Positions 1 through 10,249 are shown, counted from the first letter of the stretch. The stretch: 64,000 nucleotides of DNA from Trichormus sp. ATA11-4-KO1 (GCA_019358915.1 JAHHIM010000065.1:305453-369452), one strand, 5' to 3'. Notes: generated by a model not told the origin, from the sequence alone. Translations and numbers: made by a program.

Positions 1-2
1 CT

Positions 3-233
3 GCCAGATGTTTAGCTACTGAATGCTATCCCCAGGATATTTTGTTGGTAGCACATGGTGCATCTGTACTAGGGGCAGCCATGGGGTTAGTGGGGGACAT
101 GGCCATAACAGAAGTAAAAGCTTCTTTATGTTCCTTAGTCAAAGTTGTACGCCAAGGCCCTGAATGGTTGCTAGAACTAAAGGGAGATACTTCCCATTTG
201 ACACAGATAGAGGAAGTAATTCGATTTGCTTAA
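3..233 (+). CDS. Histidine phosphatase (phosphoglycerate mutase family), C-terminal part; 5' end outside window
   Basis: Frame open from the window edge (ARCLATECYPQDILLVAHG...); the LLVAHG motif and C-terminal DTSHL are typical of this family. Confidence 0.75.
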   Translation, partial: ARCLATECYPQDILLVAHGASVLGAAMGLVGDMAITEVKASLCSLVKVVRQGPEWLLELKGDTSHLTQIEEVIRFA

Positions 234-318
234 ATCCCTCATAGGGATTTTAAATCATGTTTTGCACCCTCCTGGGTTTACTCTACAGAAAAAGTAATTA
301 ATTCGCTAATTAAGTTGT

Positions 319-1344
319 ATGACCTTGTTACTAGCAGGAGACATCGGCGGTACGAAAACTATTTTGCGGTTGGTGGAAGCAGTAGACTCACTAGAGTTAC
401 ATACTATTCATGAGGAAACATACCGGAGTGGGGATTTTCCTGATTTAGTACCGTTAGTGCAGCAGTTTCTGCTCAAGGCTAATACACCAGTACCACAAAA
501 GGCTTGTTTTGCGATCGCCGGGCCAGTGGTGAATAATACTGCCAAGCTAACCAATTTAGCCTGGTTTCTCGATACCGAGCGTTTAAAACAAGAATTAGGC
601 ATCGAATCCATTTCCCTAATTAATGACTTTGCGGCTGTAGGTTACGGCATTTTCGGGTTAAGTAAACAAGACTTGCTGACTTTGCAAGCTGGCAAACACA
701 AACTAGAAGCACCCATTGCCATTATTGGTGCTGGTACTGGTTTAGGACAAGGATTTTTAATTAAACAGGGCAACTACTATCAAGTTTTTCCCTCAGAAGG
801 TGGACACGCTGATTTTGCCCCGCGTAGCGAGTTAGAGTTTCAATTATTGAAATACCTATTGGATAAACATGATATCCAGCGTGTTTCTGTGGAAAGAGTG
901 GTTTCGGGACAGGGAGTTGTTGCCATTTACCAATTTTTACGTGATCGCAAAATAGCCGCCGAATCACCAGAAATCGCCCAAATCGTTAGAACCTGGGAAC
1001 AAGAGGCCGGACATCAAGAAAAGAGCGTTGATCCTGGTGCAGCCATTGGAACAGCTGCAATCCAAGGAAGCGATCGCCTATCGGTACAAACCTTACAATT
1101 ATTTGTAGACATTTACGGTGCAGAAGCTGGCAATCTTGCCCTGAAATTTTTACCTTATGGTGGTTTGTATATTGCTGGTGGGATTGCGCCCAAAATTTTG
1201 CCTCTGCTGAAAAACGGCAGTTTTCTCTTAAATTTCAGCCAAAAAGGGAGGATGCGTCCCATCCTCGAAGAGATCCCTGTGTATGTTATTCTCAATCAAC
1301 AAGTGGGGCTAATTGGTGCGGCTTTACGTGCTGCTAGGTTATAA
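319..1344 (+). CDS. glk: Glucokinase
   Basis: LAGDIGGTKT, INDF, GAGTGLG, SEGGH and GGLYIAGGIAPK motifs. Confidence 0.96.
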   Translation: MTLLLAGDIGGTKTILRLVEAVDSLELHTIHEETYRSGDFPDLVPLVQQFLLKANTPVPQKACFAIAGPVVNNTAKLTNLAWFLDTERLKQELGIESISLINDFAAVGYGIFGLSKQDLLTLQAGKHKLEAPIAIIGAGTGLGQGFLIKQGNYYQVFPSEGGHADFAPRSELEFQLLKYLLDKHDIQRVSVERVVSGQGVVAIYQFLRDRKIAAESPEIAQIVRTWEQEAGHQEKSVDPGAAIGTAAIQGSDRLSVQTLQLFVDIYGAEAGNLALKFLPYGGLYIAGGIAPKILPLLKNGSFLLNFSQKGRMRPILEEIPVYVILNQQVGLIGAALRAARL

Positions 1345-1389
1345 CAGCTGGCATCATCAGTAATATCTGCATCGTCGGTTGCTAAAATT

Positions 1390-1992
1390 ATGACTCTTAG
1401 AGGTTTGTTACCACTCATCACCGCCATTGTTATCTGCGGTGGATCTATCCTAGTCGAAGCACGTCAACCCCAGCGTCCAGTTTCTGCGGCTAAACCAACT
1501 GCTACTCAACCAGTGCAGCCACAATGGAAGTTATTCACTGCCCCAGATGGGCGCTTTACTGTTTTAATGCCAGGCCAACCAGAAAGAAATAGTGAAACTC
1601 AAAAAACCTACATGGGGGAAATTAACTTAGAAATGTTTGTTGCCCAACCACCAAAGCAAGAAGTGGCTTATGTGGTTGTTTACAACGACTTTCCTTACAG
1701 TTACGGTCAAATGGCCAATCCCCAAACAATCCTGAATAATGCCAGGGATATGGCTTTAAAAACTACGAGAAGTAATTTAATTAGTCAGCGCAACATTCGT
1801 AGTTCCAATGGTCATCCTGGCAAAGAAATTGTATATATCAACACTGGCGGTAAAATCACCAAAAACAGGATGTATGTGACTGAGGGGCGATTGTATCAAG
1901 TAATGGCCATTACAAGTAGAAAACAGCAGCAGACTTTAGCTAAAACCATTACCGGATATTTAAATTCCTTCCATGTGGTTTTGAAAAAGTGA
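1390..1992 (+). CDS. Hypothetical exported protein
   Basis: 200-aa ORF with N-terminal signal peptide; WKLFTAPDGRFTVLMPGQP segment seen in cyanobacterial periplasmic hypotheticals. Confidence 0.75.
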   Translation: MTLRGLLPLITAIVICGGSILVEARQPQRPVSAAKPTATQPVQPQWKLFTAPDGRFTVLMPGQPERNSETQKTYMGEINLEMFVAQPPKQEVAYVVVYNDFPYSYGQMANPQTILNNARDMALKTTRSNLISQRNIRSSNGHPGKEIVYINTGGKITKNRMYVTEGRLYQVMAITSRKQQQTLAKTITGYLNSFHVVLKK

Positions 1993-2049
1993 AATTTACA
2001 GCCATTTTCATGGAAGGAACTGTCAAATAACCAAACATCTCAAATTTTA

Positions 2050-2077
2050 TTGTGGGATGGGTGTCCCCACCCGTCCC
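2050..2077. repeat. Short dispersed palindromic repeat
   Basis: TTGTGGGATGG...CCCGTCCC, related to copies at 8745-8771 (inverted) and 17389-17441. Confidence 0.6.
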
Positions 2078-2192
2078 ATCTTTATGTAGGGTTTTTTCAT
2101 GACAGTTAATAGGCAGTATCAACAAACTACAACAAAAACTGGTAAATTACCCTATTAACCTGAAAATTTAGTAATTTAAATAACCAAAAATT

Positions 2193-3293
2193 ATGAAACG
2201 CCGAGAGATTCTCAACACAACTGCGATCGCCACGGCAACGGCGGTAACTCTAGTTTCCTGTACACGCACGGAAACAGCCGCTAATGTGCAAACTGGAATG
2301 CCAAATATCCGGTGGCGAATGGCAACTAGTTGGCCCAAGTCATTAGGTATTTTTTCAGGTGCTGATGTAGTTGCTAGGCGAGTGCGAGAAATGACCAACG
2401 GACGTTTCACCATTACACCATTTGCGGCGGGGGAGTTGGTTCCAGGATTGCAAGTCATGGACTCTGTACAAGCAGGAACTGTAGAATGCGGACATACTGC
2501 TAGTTATTATTACATCGGTAAAAATTTAGCTTTAGCTTTTGCCACATCCGTACCCTTCGGCTTAAATGCCCAACAGCAGAATGCTTGGCTGTATCATGGC
2601 GGGGGACTAGAAGTTATGCAAAAAATCTACAGCGACTTCAATATTATTAATTTTCCCGCAGGTAACACCGGGGCGCAAATGGGGGGATGGTTTAAAAGAG
2701 AAATTAACACTGTGGCTGACCTCCAAGGTTTGAAAATGCGGATTCCCGGATTAGGGGGACAAGTCGTATCTCGTATGGGGGTGAATGTGCAAGTGTTACC
2801 CGGAGGCGAAATCTTTTTAGCACTAGATCGCGGTGCAATTGATGCGGCTGAGTGGGTAGGCCCTTACGATGATGAGAAACTGGGTTTACAGAAAGCTGCA
2901 CAATTCTACTATTATCCAGGCTGGTGGGAACCAGGTCCGACAATGGAAGTACTAGTTAACCGTGGTGCGTGGGACAAATTGCCCAAGGAATACCAAGAAA
3001 TTTTTAAGACAGCGACTCATGAAGCCAACATGAATATGTTAACTGAGTATGATGCCTTGAATGGGCAAGCACTTTCGAGATTAAGTGCTGGTGGTACTAA
3101 ATTAGTTTCCTTCAGCCCAGAAATTATGCAAGCATCGCAAAAAGCCTCTTTTGATTTATTCGAGGAAAACGCTAGTAAAGATGCAACTTTCAAAGAAGTT
3201 TATGAACAGTGGAAAGGCTTCCGCAAGCAAGTTTTTGACTGGAACCGTGTTAATGAATTAAGTTACGCCAATTTCGCTATTTCTAATAGTTAG
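2193..3293 (+). CDS. dctP: TRAP transporter substrate-binding protein (TakP-like, 2-oxoacid type)
   Basis: Tat-like KRREIL plus lipobox [48 protein letters not shown]. Confidence 0.93.
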   Translation: MKRREILNTTAIATATAVTLVSCTRTETAANVQTGMPNIRWRMATSWPKSLGIFSGADVVARRVREMTNGRFTITPFAAGELVPGLQVMDSVQAGTVECGHTASYYYIGKNLALAFATSVPFGLNAQQQNAWLYHGGGLEVMQKIYSDFNIINFPAGNTGAQMGGWFKREINTVADLQGLKMRIPGLGGQVVSRMGVNVQVLPGGEIFLALDRGAIDAAEWVGPYDDEKLGLQKAAQFYYYPGWWEPGPTMEVLVNRGAWDKLPKEYQEIFKTATHEANMNMLTEYDALNGQALSRLSAGGTKLVSFSPEIMQASQKASFDLFEENASKDATFKEVYEQWKGFRKQVFDWNRVNELSYANFAISNS

Positions 3294-3356
3294 GGAGTAG
3301 GGAGCGGGGGAGCGGGGGAGCAGGATAGTAGTAATTTAATTTTCGGAGTTACCTAA

Positions 3357-3543
3357 ATATATCCCTGGTTTTGTCACTCTCGGAAAACAATAATCTCAGC
3401 CAAATTCTGAGACTTTGATTTAATCCAGGTTTGAGGCTTTATTTCCTAACAGAAACTAAAATTCATAGACGAAAAGTGGAAACTAAAGCACCGTAACCAT
3501 TTGAGCGATTGGATTCTCCCAAAGTGACAAATGAGGGATATAT
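3357..3543. mobile_element. MITE-like element with ~30-bp imperfect terminal inverted repeats
   Basis: Left ATATATCCCTGGTTTTGTCACTCTCGGA vs reverse complement of right ATATATCCCTCATTTGTCACTTTGGGA; TA at both outer edges; no ORF. Confidence 0.65.
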
Positions 3544-3595
3544 AAGTTTTTTTCTCCTCTGCCCCTCTGCCCCTCTGCCTGTTTTTCCCCATTCC

Positions 3596-4933
3596 TCACC
3601 GTCCCAATGAAGGGAGAAAACTCACAATACCTGGGAAAGCGATAATTAAGACCAAAACCAACATTTGCAGCAAAATAAATGGGATGACACCGCGATAGAT
3701 GTCAGATGTGGTAACTTCTGGAGGTGCAACGCCACGCAGGTAAAACAGGGCAAAACCAAAGGGAGGTGTGAGAAAGGAAGTTTGTAGATTTGCTCCCAAT
3801 ATCACACCATACCAAATCAAGTCAATGCCTAACTGTTGGGCTACTGGCACAAACAACGGCACGACGATAAAGGCAATTTCAAAAAAGTCAATAAAAAAGC
3901 CGAGAATAAATACCGTCGCCATACTAACAATCAAAAAGCCGATTTCGCCGCCGGGAAGATTGGCGAGGACATCGAACATGAATTGATCACCATTAACTCC
4001 CCGAAATACTAAACTAAAAGCTGTGGAACCCAACAGAATAAAAATCACCATGCTGGTAATTTTTAAAGTTGCATCACAAACTTGACGCAGAGATTCCAAA
4101 GTAAGTTGGCGGTTAGCAGCAGCCAAGGCGATCGCACCTGCACAACCAACAGCACCTGCTTCTGTTGGGGTGGCAAAGCCAAAAAAGATACTACCCAGTA
4201 CTAACAAAATCAGTATTAAAGGTGGCAGCATTACCTGAATTATTCTTCTTCCTAAGGCTTTACCACCAATTTCTCGCACCTCAGCCGGCAAAGCTGGTGC
4301 TAAATCTGGCTGCAAAAATGCCACTATCAGCACATGCAAGGCAAACGCACCCGCCATCATCAAACCGGGAATCAGTGAACCGATAAATAAATCACCGACT
4401 GAAATACCCAATTGATCACCCAGTACCACTAAGACAACACTCGGCGGGATAATTTGCCCTAAAGTACCTGAGGCCGCAATTACACCAGTTGCTAACTGTT
4501 TGTTGTACCCATAGCGCAGCATAATCGGCAGAGAAATCAAACCCATTGCCACCACTGTTGCAGCTACTACACCTGTAGTCGCGGCTAGCAGCGCACCTAC
4601 TAACACCACAGCTAAAGCTAATCCGCCACGTAAGCGCCCCAACAAAATCCCCATCGTTTCTAACAGTCTCTCAGCTATCCCCGATTTCTCCAGCATTGAC
4701 CCCATAAAGATGAAGTAAGGGATAGCTAACAGAGTGTAGTTGGCCATGATGCCAAAAATTCGCTGGGGCATGGCAGTCAAAAACACTGGGTCAAAAACAC
4801 CCAGGGAAATTCCCACTATGCCAAATAAGATTGCCACACCACCTAAAGAAAAGGCTACCGGATATCCCAGTGATAACAGCACCAACGCCCCAGCAAACAT
4901 TACTGGCCCCAGCCATTCATAAGCTAGCGTCAT
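3596..4933 (-). CDS. dctM: TRAP transporter large permease
   Basis: Polytopic membrane protein; ASGTLGQIIPPS, ATPTEAGAVG, NLQTSFLTPPFG. Confidence 0.95.
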   Translation of the reverse strand: MTLAYEWLGPVMFAGALVLLSLGYPVAFSLGGVAILFGIVGISLGVFDPVFLTAMPQRIFGIMANYTLLAIPYFIFMGSMLEKSGIAERLLETMGILLGRLRGGLALAVVLVGALLAATTGVVAATVVAMGLISLPIMLRYGYNKQLATGVIAASGTLGQIIPPSVVLVVLGDQLGISVGDLFIGSLIPGLMMAGAFALHVLIVAFLQPDLAPALPAEVREIGGKALGRRIIQVMLPPLILILLVLGSIFFGFATPTEAGAVGCAGAIALAAANRQLTLESLRQVCDATLKITSMVIFILLGSTAFSLVFRGVNGDQFMFDVLANLPGGEIGFLIVSMATVFILGFFIDFFEIAFIVVPLFVPVAQQLGIDLIWYGVILGANLQTSFLTPPFGFALFYLRGVAPPEVTTSDIYRGVIPFILLQMLVLVLIIAFPGIVSFLPSLGR

Positions 4934-5471
4934 GGTGTTCCTCCTGGGGTTCTAGTCTGCCTTGAAGAATTGCCACATTTTTAATTGCCTGAGAAATTCC
5001 CTGAAAAATCAACATTACAAAGGCGACAATAATCATGGCTTTAATCGGATAGCGCGGCAAACCATCCGGATCTGGAGATGTTTCCAGAATTTGCCACGAA
5101 GCCACGATGGTATCCCAAGAAAAAAAGATGACCATAATGCAGAAGGGAATCAGGAAGAATATCGTTCCCACCAACTCTGCAAGTGCTTTCCGTCGAGGCG
5201 GCCAATTGCTGTAAAAGATGTCAACGCGGACGTGTTCATTGTGCTTTAAAGTGTAAGCTGCTCCCAATAAGAATATTAAATCAAAAATATACCATTGAGC
5301 TTCTATGTAAGCGTTGGAAGTCAAGTTACTGCCAATAATCCGCCCTAAGTATCTACCTATAACATTCCACACGCCAAGTATGACCATGACTAACACCAGC
5401 CAACTGGTCAATCGACCAATGCTTTCAGTGCAAGTATCAATAATTCTGGCTATTCTTAATAGTCTCTCCAA
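4917..5471 (-). CDS. dctQ: TRAP transporter small permease
   Basis: Four TM segments, HVRVDIFY motif; overlaps the dctM start. Confidence 0.93.
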   Translation of the reverse strand: MERLLRIARIIDTCTESIGRLTSWLVLVMVILGVWNVIGRYLGRIIGSNLTSNAYIEAQWYIFDLIFLLGAAYTLKHNEHVRVDIFYSNWPPRRKALAELVGTIFFLIPFCIMVIFFSWDTIVASWQILETSPDPDGLPRYPIKAMIIVAFVMLIFQGISQAIKNVAILQGRLEPQEEHHDASL

Positions 5472-5675
5472 AGGTTATCTCACCTCTCTAATCGCTGTAA
5501 GTGTAGTTTACAACTCAAGATTGCCAAGAAATAGTTTTCTCCTTAGTGTCTTTGTGTCTTTGGGGTGAAAATAACCACCAAGACACCAAGATTGAAGATT
5601 TTCTACTACACTACGTTCTGACTGTCTCCTCAAAATCGTAGGATAAGAAGATAAACTAAACTTTACATTTAATCA

Positions 5676-6275
5676 ATGACTTCTAATGTTCCCGCTAAAA
5701 CTCGAAAGTTACCCATTCAAGCTATAGGGGCTAGGATTTTCCACTCTGTTAATATCATTAGCCTATTTCTGATGATCACCAGTGGGCTACAAATCTATAA
5801 TGCCAACCCGGTTTTTGGTGGACGTGCTGGTTTACATATTCCCGCCATATTTACATTAGGAGGTTGGCTAGCAGGCGGCAGACACTGGCACTTTGCGGCA
5901 ATGTGGTTATTCTCGCTCAATCTGCTGTGGTACGGAATTTATATTTTAATTACCCGACGCTGGCGATATCGATTTGTGGGGTTTAAGGATATTAAAGCAT
6001 TACAAAAAACTCGAAATTCTCAGCGTTTAATTTATGCTTGGCATCGCATTGTTTATACATCTATTATTCCTATCTTACTATTGGCATTACTCACGGGTAT
6101 AGGTATGTATAAACCTGCTCAATTTCCTTGGATTGTCGATATGTTTGGTAGTTGGCAAGCTTTGCGAATTGTTCACTTTTCTTCAGTGCCTCTAGTTGTT
6201 GCTTTTGTATTTATTCACTCGTTGCTAGGACAAAAAGCTGGGGGTTCCCAACTTACAGAATCAATGTTTTGGTAA
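5676..6275 (+). CDS. Cytochrome b/b6-domain membrane protein (YdhU / Ni-Fe hydrogenase cyt b-like)
   Basis: TM helices with candidate haem His (RIFHSVN, HWHFAAMW, RIVHF, FIHS); SGLQIYNANP. Confidence 0.85.
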   Translation: MTSNVPAKTRKLPIQAIGARIFHSVNIISLFLMITSGLQIYNANPVFGGRAGLHIPAIFTLGGWLAGGRHWHFAAMWLFSLNLLWYGIYILITRRWRYRFVGFKDIKALQKTRNSQRLIYAWHRIVYTSIIPILLLALLTGIGMYKPAQFPWIVDMFGSWQALRIVHFSSVPLVVAFVFIHSLLGQKAGGSQLTESMFW

Positions 6276-6290
6276 ATCAATTTGATAAAT

Positions 6291-6998
6291 ATGAATTTAA
6301 TTCACGTACAGCGCCGTCAATTTCTCAAAATCTCTGGATTATCTACTTTAAGTTTGCTGATGGGTGGTTGTGGTACACCAGCTTTTGAAGATATAGTAGG
6401 TCAACTTTCGCAACCACTAAATCATCAAGTGGGAGAATTAATATTTAATCCACAAAAGCCTGTACCAGAATTTTCGCTGAATGAAATTCAACCAGAGGCG
6501 TTGATAGTTAACACATTTCGGTACACCCCAATTATTCATGCAGAAAAGTATCGTTTAGTTATTGATGGTGAAGTCAATAATCCTCTCAGTCTCAGTATGG
6601 CGGAAATTCAGGCTTTACCCCTAACTTCGATGATTATTCGCCATGTTTGTGTGGAAGGTTGGGCGGCGATCGTGCAATGGGGTGGTATATCTCTCAAAGA
6701 AATTATTGCCCTGGCTGAACCTAAAGCTAATGTCCAATTTGCTTATTTTAAATCGGCTGATGGTTACTATGAAAGTTGGGATATAGCTTCGGTTTTACAT
6801 CCTCAAACTTTATTAGCTTATCAAAAAAATGGTGAACCTTTACCAGTTAATAATGGTGCGCCTTTGCGTTTAGCTTCGCCAATTAAACTTGGTTATAAAC
6901 AGAGTAAATGGGTGACTAAAATTTCACTTGTGAGTAATTTATCACCGTTTAAGGGCTATTGGGAGGATCAGGGTTATGAATGGTTTGCAGGACTTTAG
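6291..6998 (+). CDS. Molybdopterin-dependent oxidoreductase (sulfite oxidase/MsrP-like), predicted Tat lipoprotein
   Basis: RRQFLK and LMGGC at the N-terminus; HVCVEGW, NGAPLRL, KLGYKQSKWV, GYWEDQGY; ATG at 6291 preferred over TTG at 6282. Confidence 0.88.
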   Translation: MNLIHVQRRQFLKISGLSTLSLLMGGCGTPAFEDIVGQLSQPLNHQVGELIFNPQKPVPEFSLNEIQPEALIVNTFRYTPIIHAEKYRLVIDGEVNNPLSLSMAEIQALPLTSMIIRHVCVEGWAAIVQWGGISLKEIIALAEPKANVQFAYFKSADGYYESWDIASVLHPQTLLAYQKNGEPLPVNNGAPLRLASPIKLGYKQSKWVTKISLVSNLSPFKGYWEDQGYEWFAGL

Positions 6999-7062
6999 TA
7001 AATGAAAATTGATTAGTTGCCAATACTTATTTCGGTTACTTGTTTTTTATTAATTAATAAAC

Positions 7063-8502
7063 ATGATTTTTTTTGATAAATTGCATGGTAATATTTTGCA
7101 AAACCAAAGCTTACTTTTCGTAGGTCTTGATCCCAATCCTGAGATGATGCCCGCCCATTATAAATCTCAGGATGTTATCGATGATTTGTGGAATTGGTTA
7201 CAATTCATTATTAGCGAAACCGCCGATTTTGTCTGTGCTTATAAGCCAACACTTGGATTTTATGAAGCTTTAGGGGTTGCTGGTTTGGAACTGCTACACA
7301 AAACTTTGGCAGCTATTCCTACCCATATTCCCATAATTTTAGATGCTAAACATAGTGACTTAAATACTAGTACTGTTTTCGCTCGCACAGTATTTACAGA
7401 ATGGCAAGTAGATGCCATAACTCTTAGTCCATATACAGGACAAGATCATGTAGCACCGTTTTTAGTTTACCCCGATAAAGCAGTATTTATTTTATGTTGT
7501 ACTTCTAATCCGGGAGCAGAAGCTTTACAGCAATATCCGACAAATGAATCACCTCTTTATTTGCAGGTGGTAAAGGAATCAAAAAATTGGGGAACTCCAG
7601 AACAATTAGGTTTAGAAGTAGGTACTATAAATCCTGAAGTATTGGCGCTTATTCGCTCAGTTGCACCTGAGAGGATAATTATGGCACGTAGCATTTGGGC
7701 AGCAGGTAATAATAACTTGAAGCAAATTTTAAAAGCAGGCTTGAATGCTAACGGTGATGGCTTACTAATTCCTGTTCCTCAAGATATGTTGGCTAGCCCA
7801 AATTTATCCGACAATATTCAATCTTTACGTGCAAGCATTAATCAGGCAAGAACTGAAATTGTTCGTGATGGTTCTACCTGTTCTGTATGGTTACCTGATG
7901 TTTGTTTGTTGAATCAGCATCCCCAACTAGATTTAATTTTACAGCTTTATGATATTGGTTGCATTATGTTTGGTAACTTTGTTCAAGCATCAGGAGCCAC
8001 TTTTCCTTATTACATTGATTTACGCAAAATAATTTCCAATCCTCAAGTTTTTAATCAAGTCCTTAGTGCCTATGAAAAAATTTTAAAGAACCTGAAATTT
8101 GATAGATTAGCAGGTATTCCCTACGGTTCTTTGCCAACGGCTACTGGTTTATCCTTGCGTTTACATTGTCCGATGATTTTCCCTCGCAAAGAAGTCAAAG
8201 CACATGGAACGCGGAGATTAATTGAGGGTAACTTTTATCCTGATGAAACTGTAGTGGTAGTTGATGACATTCTGATTAGCGGTAAGAGTGTGATGGAAGG
8301 TGCGGAAAAATTAAAATCGGCAGGATTAAAAATTAACGATATTGTAGTGTTTATTGACCATGAACAAGGAGTACAAGATAGGCTACTAGCAAATGGTTAT
8401 CGAGGTCATTCAGTTTTCACAATTTCGGAAATCACAGAAACGCTTTATCAAGCAGGACGAATTAATCAGGAGCAGTTTTTAGCATTTCAGGAAAGCAAAT
8501 AG
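7063..8502 (+). CDS. pyrFE: Bifunctional orotidine-5'-phosphate decarboxylase / orotate phosphoribosyltransferase
   Basis: VGLDP, AYKP and DAKHSD in the N-terminal domain; YYIDLR, RKEVKAHG and VVVVDDILISGKS in the C-terminal PRTase domain. Confidence 0.92.
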   Translation: MIFFDKLHGNILQNQSLLFVGLDPNPEMMPAHYKSQDVIDDLWNWLQFIISETADFVCAYKPTLGFYEALGVAGLELLHKTLAAIPTHIPIILDAKHSDLNTSTVFARTVFTEWQVDAITLSPYTGQDHVAPFLVYPDKAVFILCCTSNPGAEALQQYPTNESPLYLQVVKESKNWGTPEQLGLEVGTINPEVLALIRSVAPERIIMARSIWAAGNNNLKQILKAGLNANGDGLLIPVPQDMLASPNLSDNIQSLRASINQARTEIVRDGSTCSVWLPDVCLLNQHPQLDLILQLYDIGCIMFGNFVQASGATFPYYIDLRKIISNPQVFNQVLSAYEKILKNLKFDRLAGIPYGSLPTATGLSLRLHCPMIFPRKEVKAHGTRRLIEGNFYPDETVVVVDDILISGKSVMEGAEKLKSAGLKINDIVVFIDHEQGVQDRLLANGYRGHSVFTISEITETLYQAGRINQEQFLAFQESK

Positions 8503-8619
8503 CCCTGGCTCTAAAAATTAATAAATTATGCCCTTATCTTAGTTATGGGTTTGAGCCTAACGCACTAAGATAGATGAGAATAAGTAAGATAGTGCGTTGC
8601 TGAATTGAGAGATGATTCT

Positions 8620-8775
8620 TGTCAGGTTGGCAGCATATAGCTTCGCCACGCAAGCTATCGACTGAGCGCTCACGCCGTACCCCTTTGGGGAAGCAAGCTA
8701 CGCGTAGCGTCCCGCAGGGAAGTCTTACCCGCCCAGAAATACAAGGGACGGGCAAGATGTCCATCCCACAAATAC
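8620..8775. repeat. Cluster of nested short cyanobacterial palindromic repeats
   Basis: GC-rich intergenic patch containing CCCCTTTGGGG, GCTACGCGTAGC, TCCCGCAGGGA and GGGACGGGCAAGATGTCCATCCCACAA. Confidence 0.6.
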
Positions 8776-8875
8776 CAGCGAAATCATCCTGCAAATATGC
8801 AGTATTATTTTTGTTTTAGTTTTCTGAATACCTGTGTAAGAGGTCTAATATTAAGATAATTTATTTGCATTAATT

Positions 8876-9964
8876 ATGTCTATTACGCTGGAAAAACTGC
8901 TTAAATGGTTGATTTTGACACTGCTATTTCCTCTAGTCTTTCTCAATGGTTGGCTAGCATTCCGATTTTTTCAATCTTTTCAAGTTTTAATTACAATTTT
9001 TGTATTGGCGACTTTGCTAGCTTTTATTTTGAACTACCCTGTTGCTTTTTTTCAGCAAAGTGGAATGAAACGAAACTATGCAGTAACGCTAGTTTTTATA
9101 TCATCTTTGGCAATTTTAGCTGCTTTAGGCATAACTTTGTTTCCGGTCATTTCTCAGCAATTTAATGAAATGGCTAAATTATTTCCTCAATGGATTCATT
9201 CGAGTGAAGAAAAACTTCACCTACTCGATGAGTGGGCTGTTAACCACGGATTAAGAATTAGTTTTAGCCAAATTATTGGTCAGTTTACGAATCGCTTACC
9301 AGATGAATTGGAGAATCTTGCCGATAAACTTTTTAGTATTGTTATAGAAACTATTGATAGTATTTCTGATATTTTAATAACAGTAGTATTAACTTTTTAT
9401 TTTTTGTTAGATGGACCAAGAATTTGGGAAGGAATATTTAAGAGACTACCTGGAAGTTTTGCTCAACAGGTGCAAAAATCTCTTCAGCAAAACTTCCAAA
9501 ATTACTTGATCGGTCAGATAACTTTGGCTTCATTGATGGGATTTTTACTAACATTTATATTTTTAATTTTTCGAGTTCAATTTGGTTTAATCTTTGGTTT
9601 GGGAGTGGGTATTTTAAGTTTAATTCCCTTCGGTGATGTCGCTAGTATCAGTATAATTACTTTAATAATAGCTTCACATAATTTTTGGTTAGCAGTTAAG
9701 GTTTTAGCTGTAGCTGTTGTCACCGACCAGTTAATTGACCAAGCGATCGCACCTCGTCTTTTGGGTAGGTTTATCGGATTGAGACCAATATGGGTGTTAA
9801 TTGCTTTGCTAGTAGGAACCTATATTGGCGGGTTATTGGGACTGTTAATTGCTGTACCTATAGCTGGTTTGATCAAAGATGCCTTTGATGGTTTTTCGCC
9901 ATCTGATGAGAGCGATCGCGCTGTTGCAGGTTCAGAAATATTAAATCAGCAATCAACAACTTGA
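8876..9964 (+). CDS. AI-2E family transporter (PerM/TqsA-like)
   Basis: LAFILNYPV, LTFYFLLDG, APRLLG and GGLLGLLIAVP motifs; hydrophobic profile. Confidence 0.9.
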   Translation: MSITLEKLLKWLILTLLFPLVFLNGWLAFRFFQSFQVLITIFVLATLLAFILNYPVAFFQQSGMKRNYAVTLVFISSLAILAALGITLFPVISQQFNEMAKLFPQWIHSSEEKLHLLDEWAVNHGLRISFSQIIGQFTNRLPDELENLADKLFSIVIETIDSISDILITVVLTFYFLLDGPRIWEGIFKRLPGSFAQQVQKSLQQNFQNYLIGQITLASLMGFLLTFIFLIFRVQFGLIFGLGVGILSLIPFGDVASISIITLIIASHNFWLAVKVLAVAVVTDQLIDQAIAPRLLGRFIGLRPIWVLIALLVGTYIGGLLGLLIAVPIAGLIKDAFDGFSPSDESDRAVAGSEILNQQSTT

Positions 9965-10150
9965 TAAGATGACCTCTGTCAAGTCTTGACAGGCGATCGC
10001 GCATTTGCATTTTTCTTTGTGGCATAGCAAAGAAAGCATAGGGGTAAATGCTTTTAACCTGCCTGATCCCCTGTCTAAGAATTGCTTTGGAGTTGAGTAG
10101 CCAGTAGAAGAAATCAGCAGCCGCGACAGAATTGAATAATGAGTCAGCAT
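9953..10150 (-). CDS. Candidate small protein containing the RGSGR (PatS/HetN-type) pentapeptide
   Basis: ATG-initiated 65-aa intergenic ORF, ...KQFLDRGSGRLK...; motif encoded at 10058-10072; coding status unproven. Confidence 0.4.
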   Translation of the reverse strand: MLTHYSILSRLLISSTGYSTPKQFLDRGSGRLKAFTPMLSLLCHKEKCKCAIACQDLTEVILSSC

Positions 10151-10249
10151 TTTTAGTACAAGTGGGCAAAAAATTTACTTAAATTCCCAGCCTACATGAC
10201 GACTCAAAAACTCGATTCAGCCTTACGGATGAATATTTTTGCCAAAATA

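Noticed and set aside
2115..2130. NtcA site upstream of dctP (GTATCAACAAACTAC)
   Set aside because: Spacing is N9, not the canonical GTA-N8-TAC.
8543..8819. Two opposing short ORFs
   Set aside because: They run through GC-rich dispersed repeats and have no protein features.
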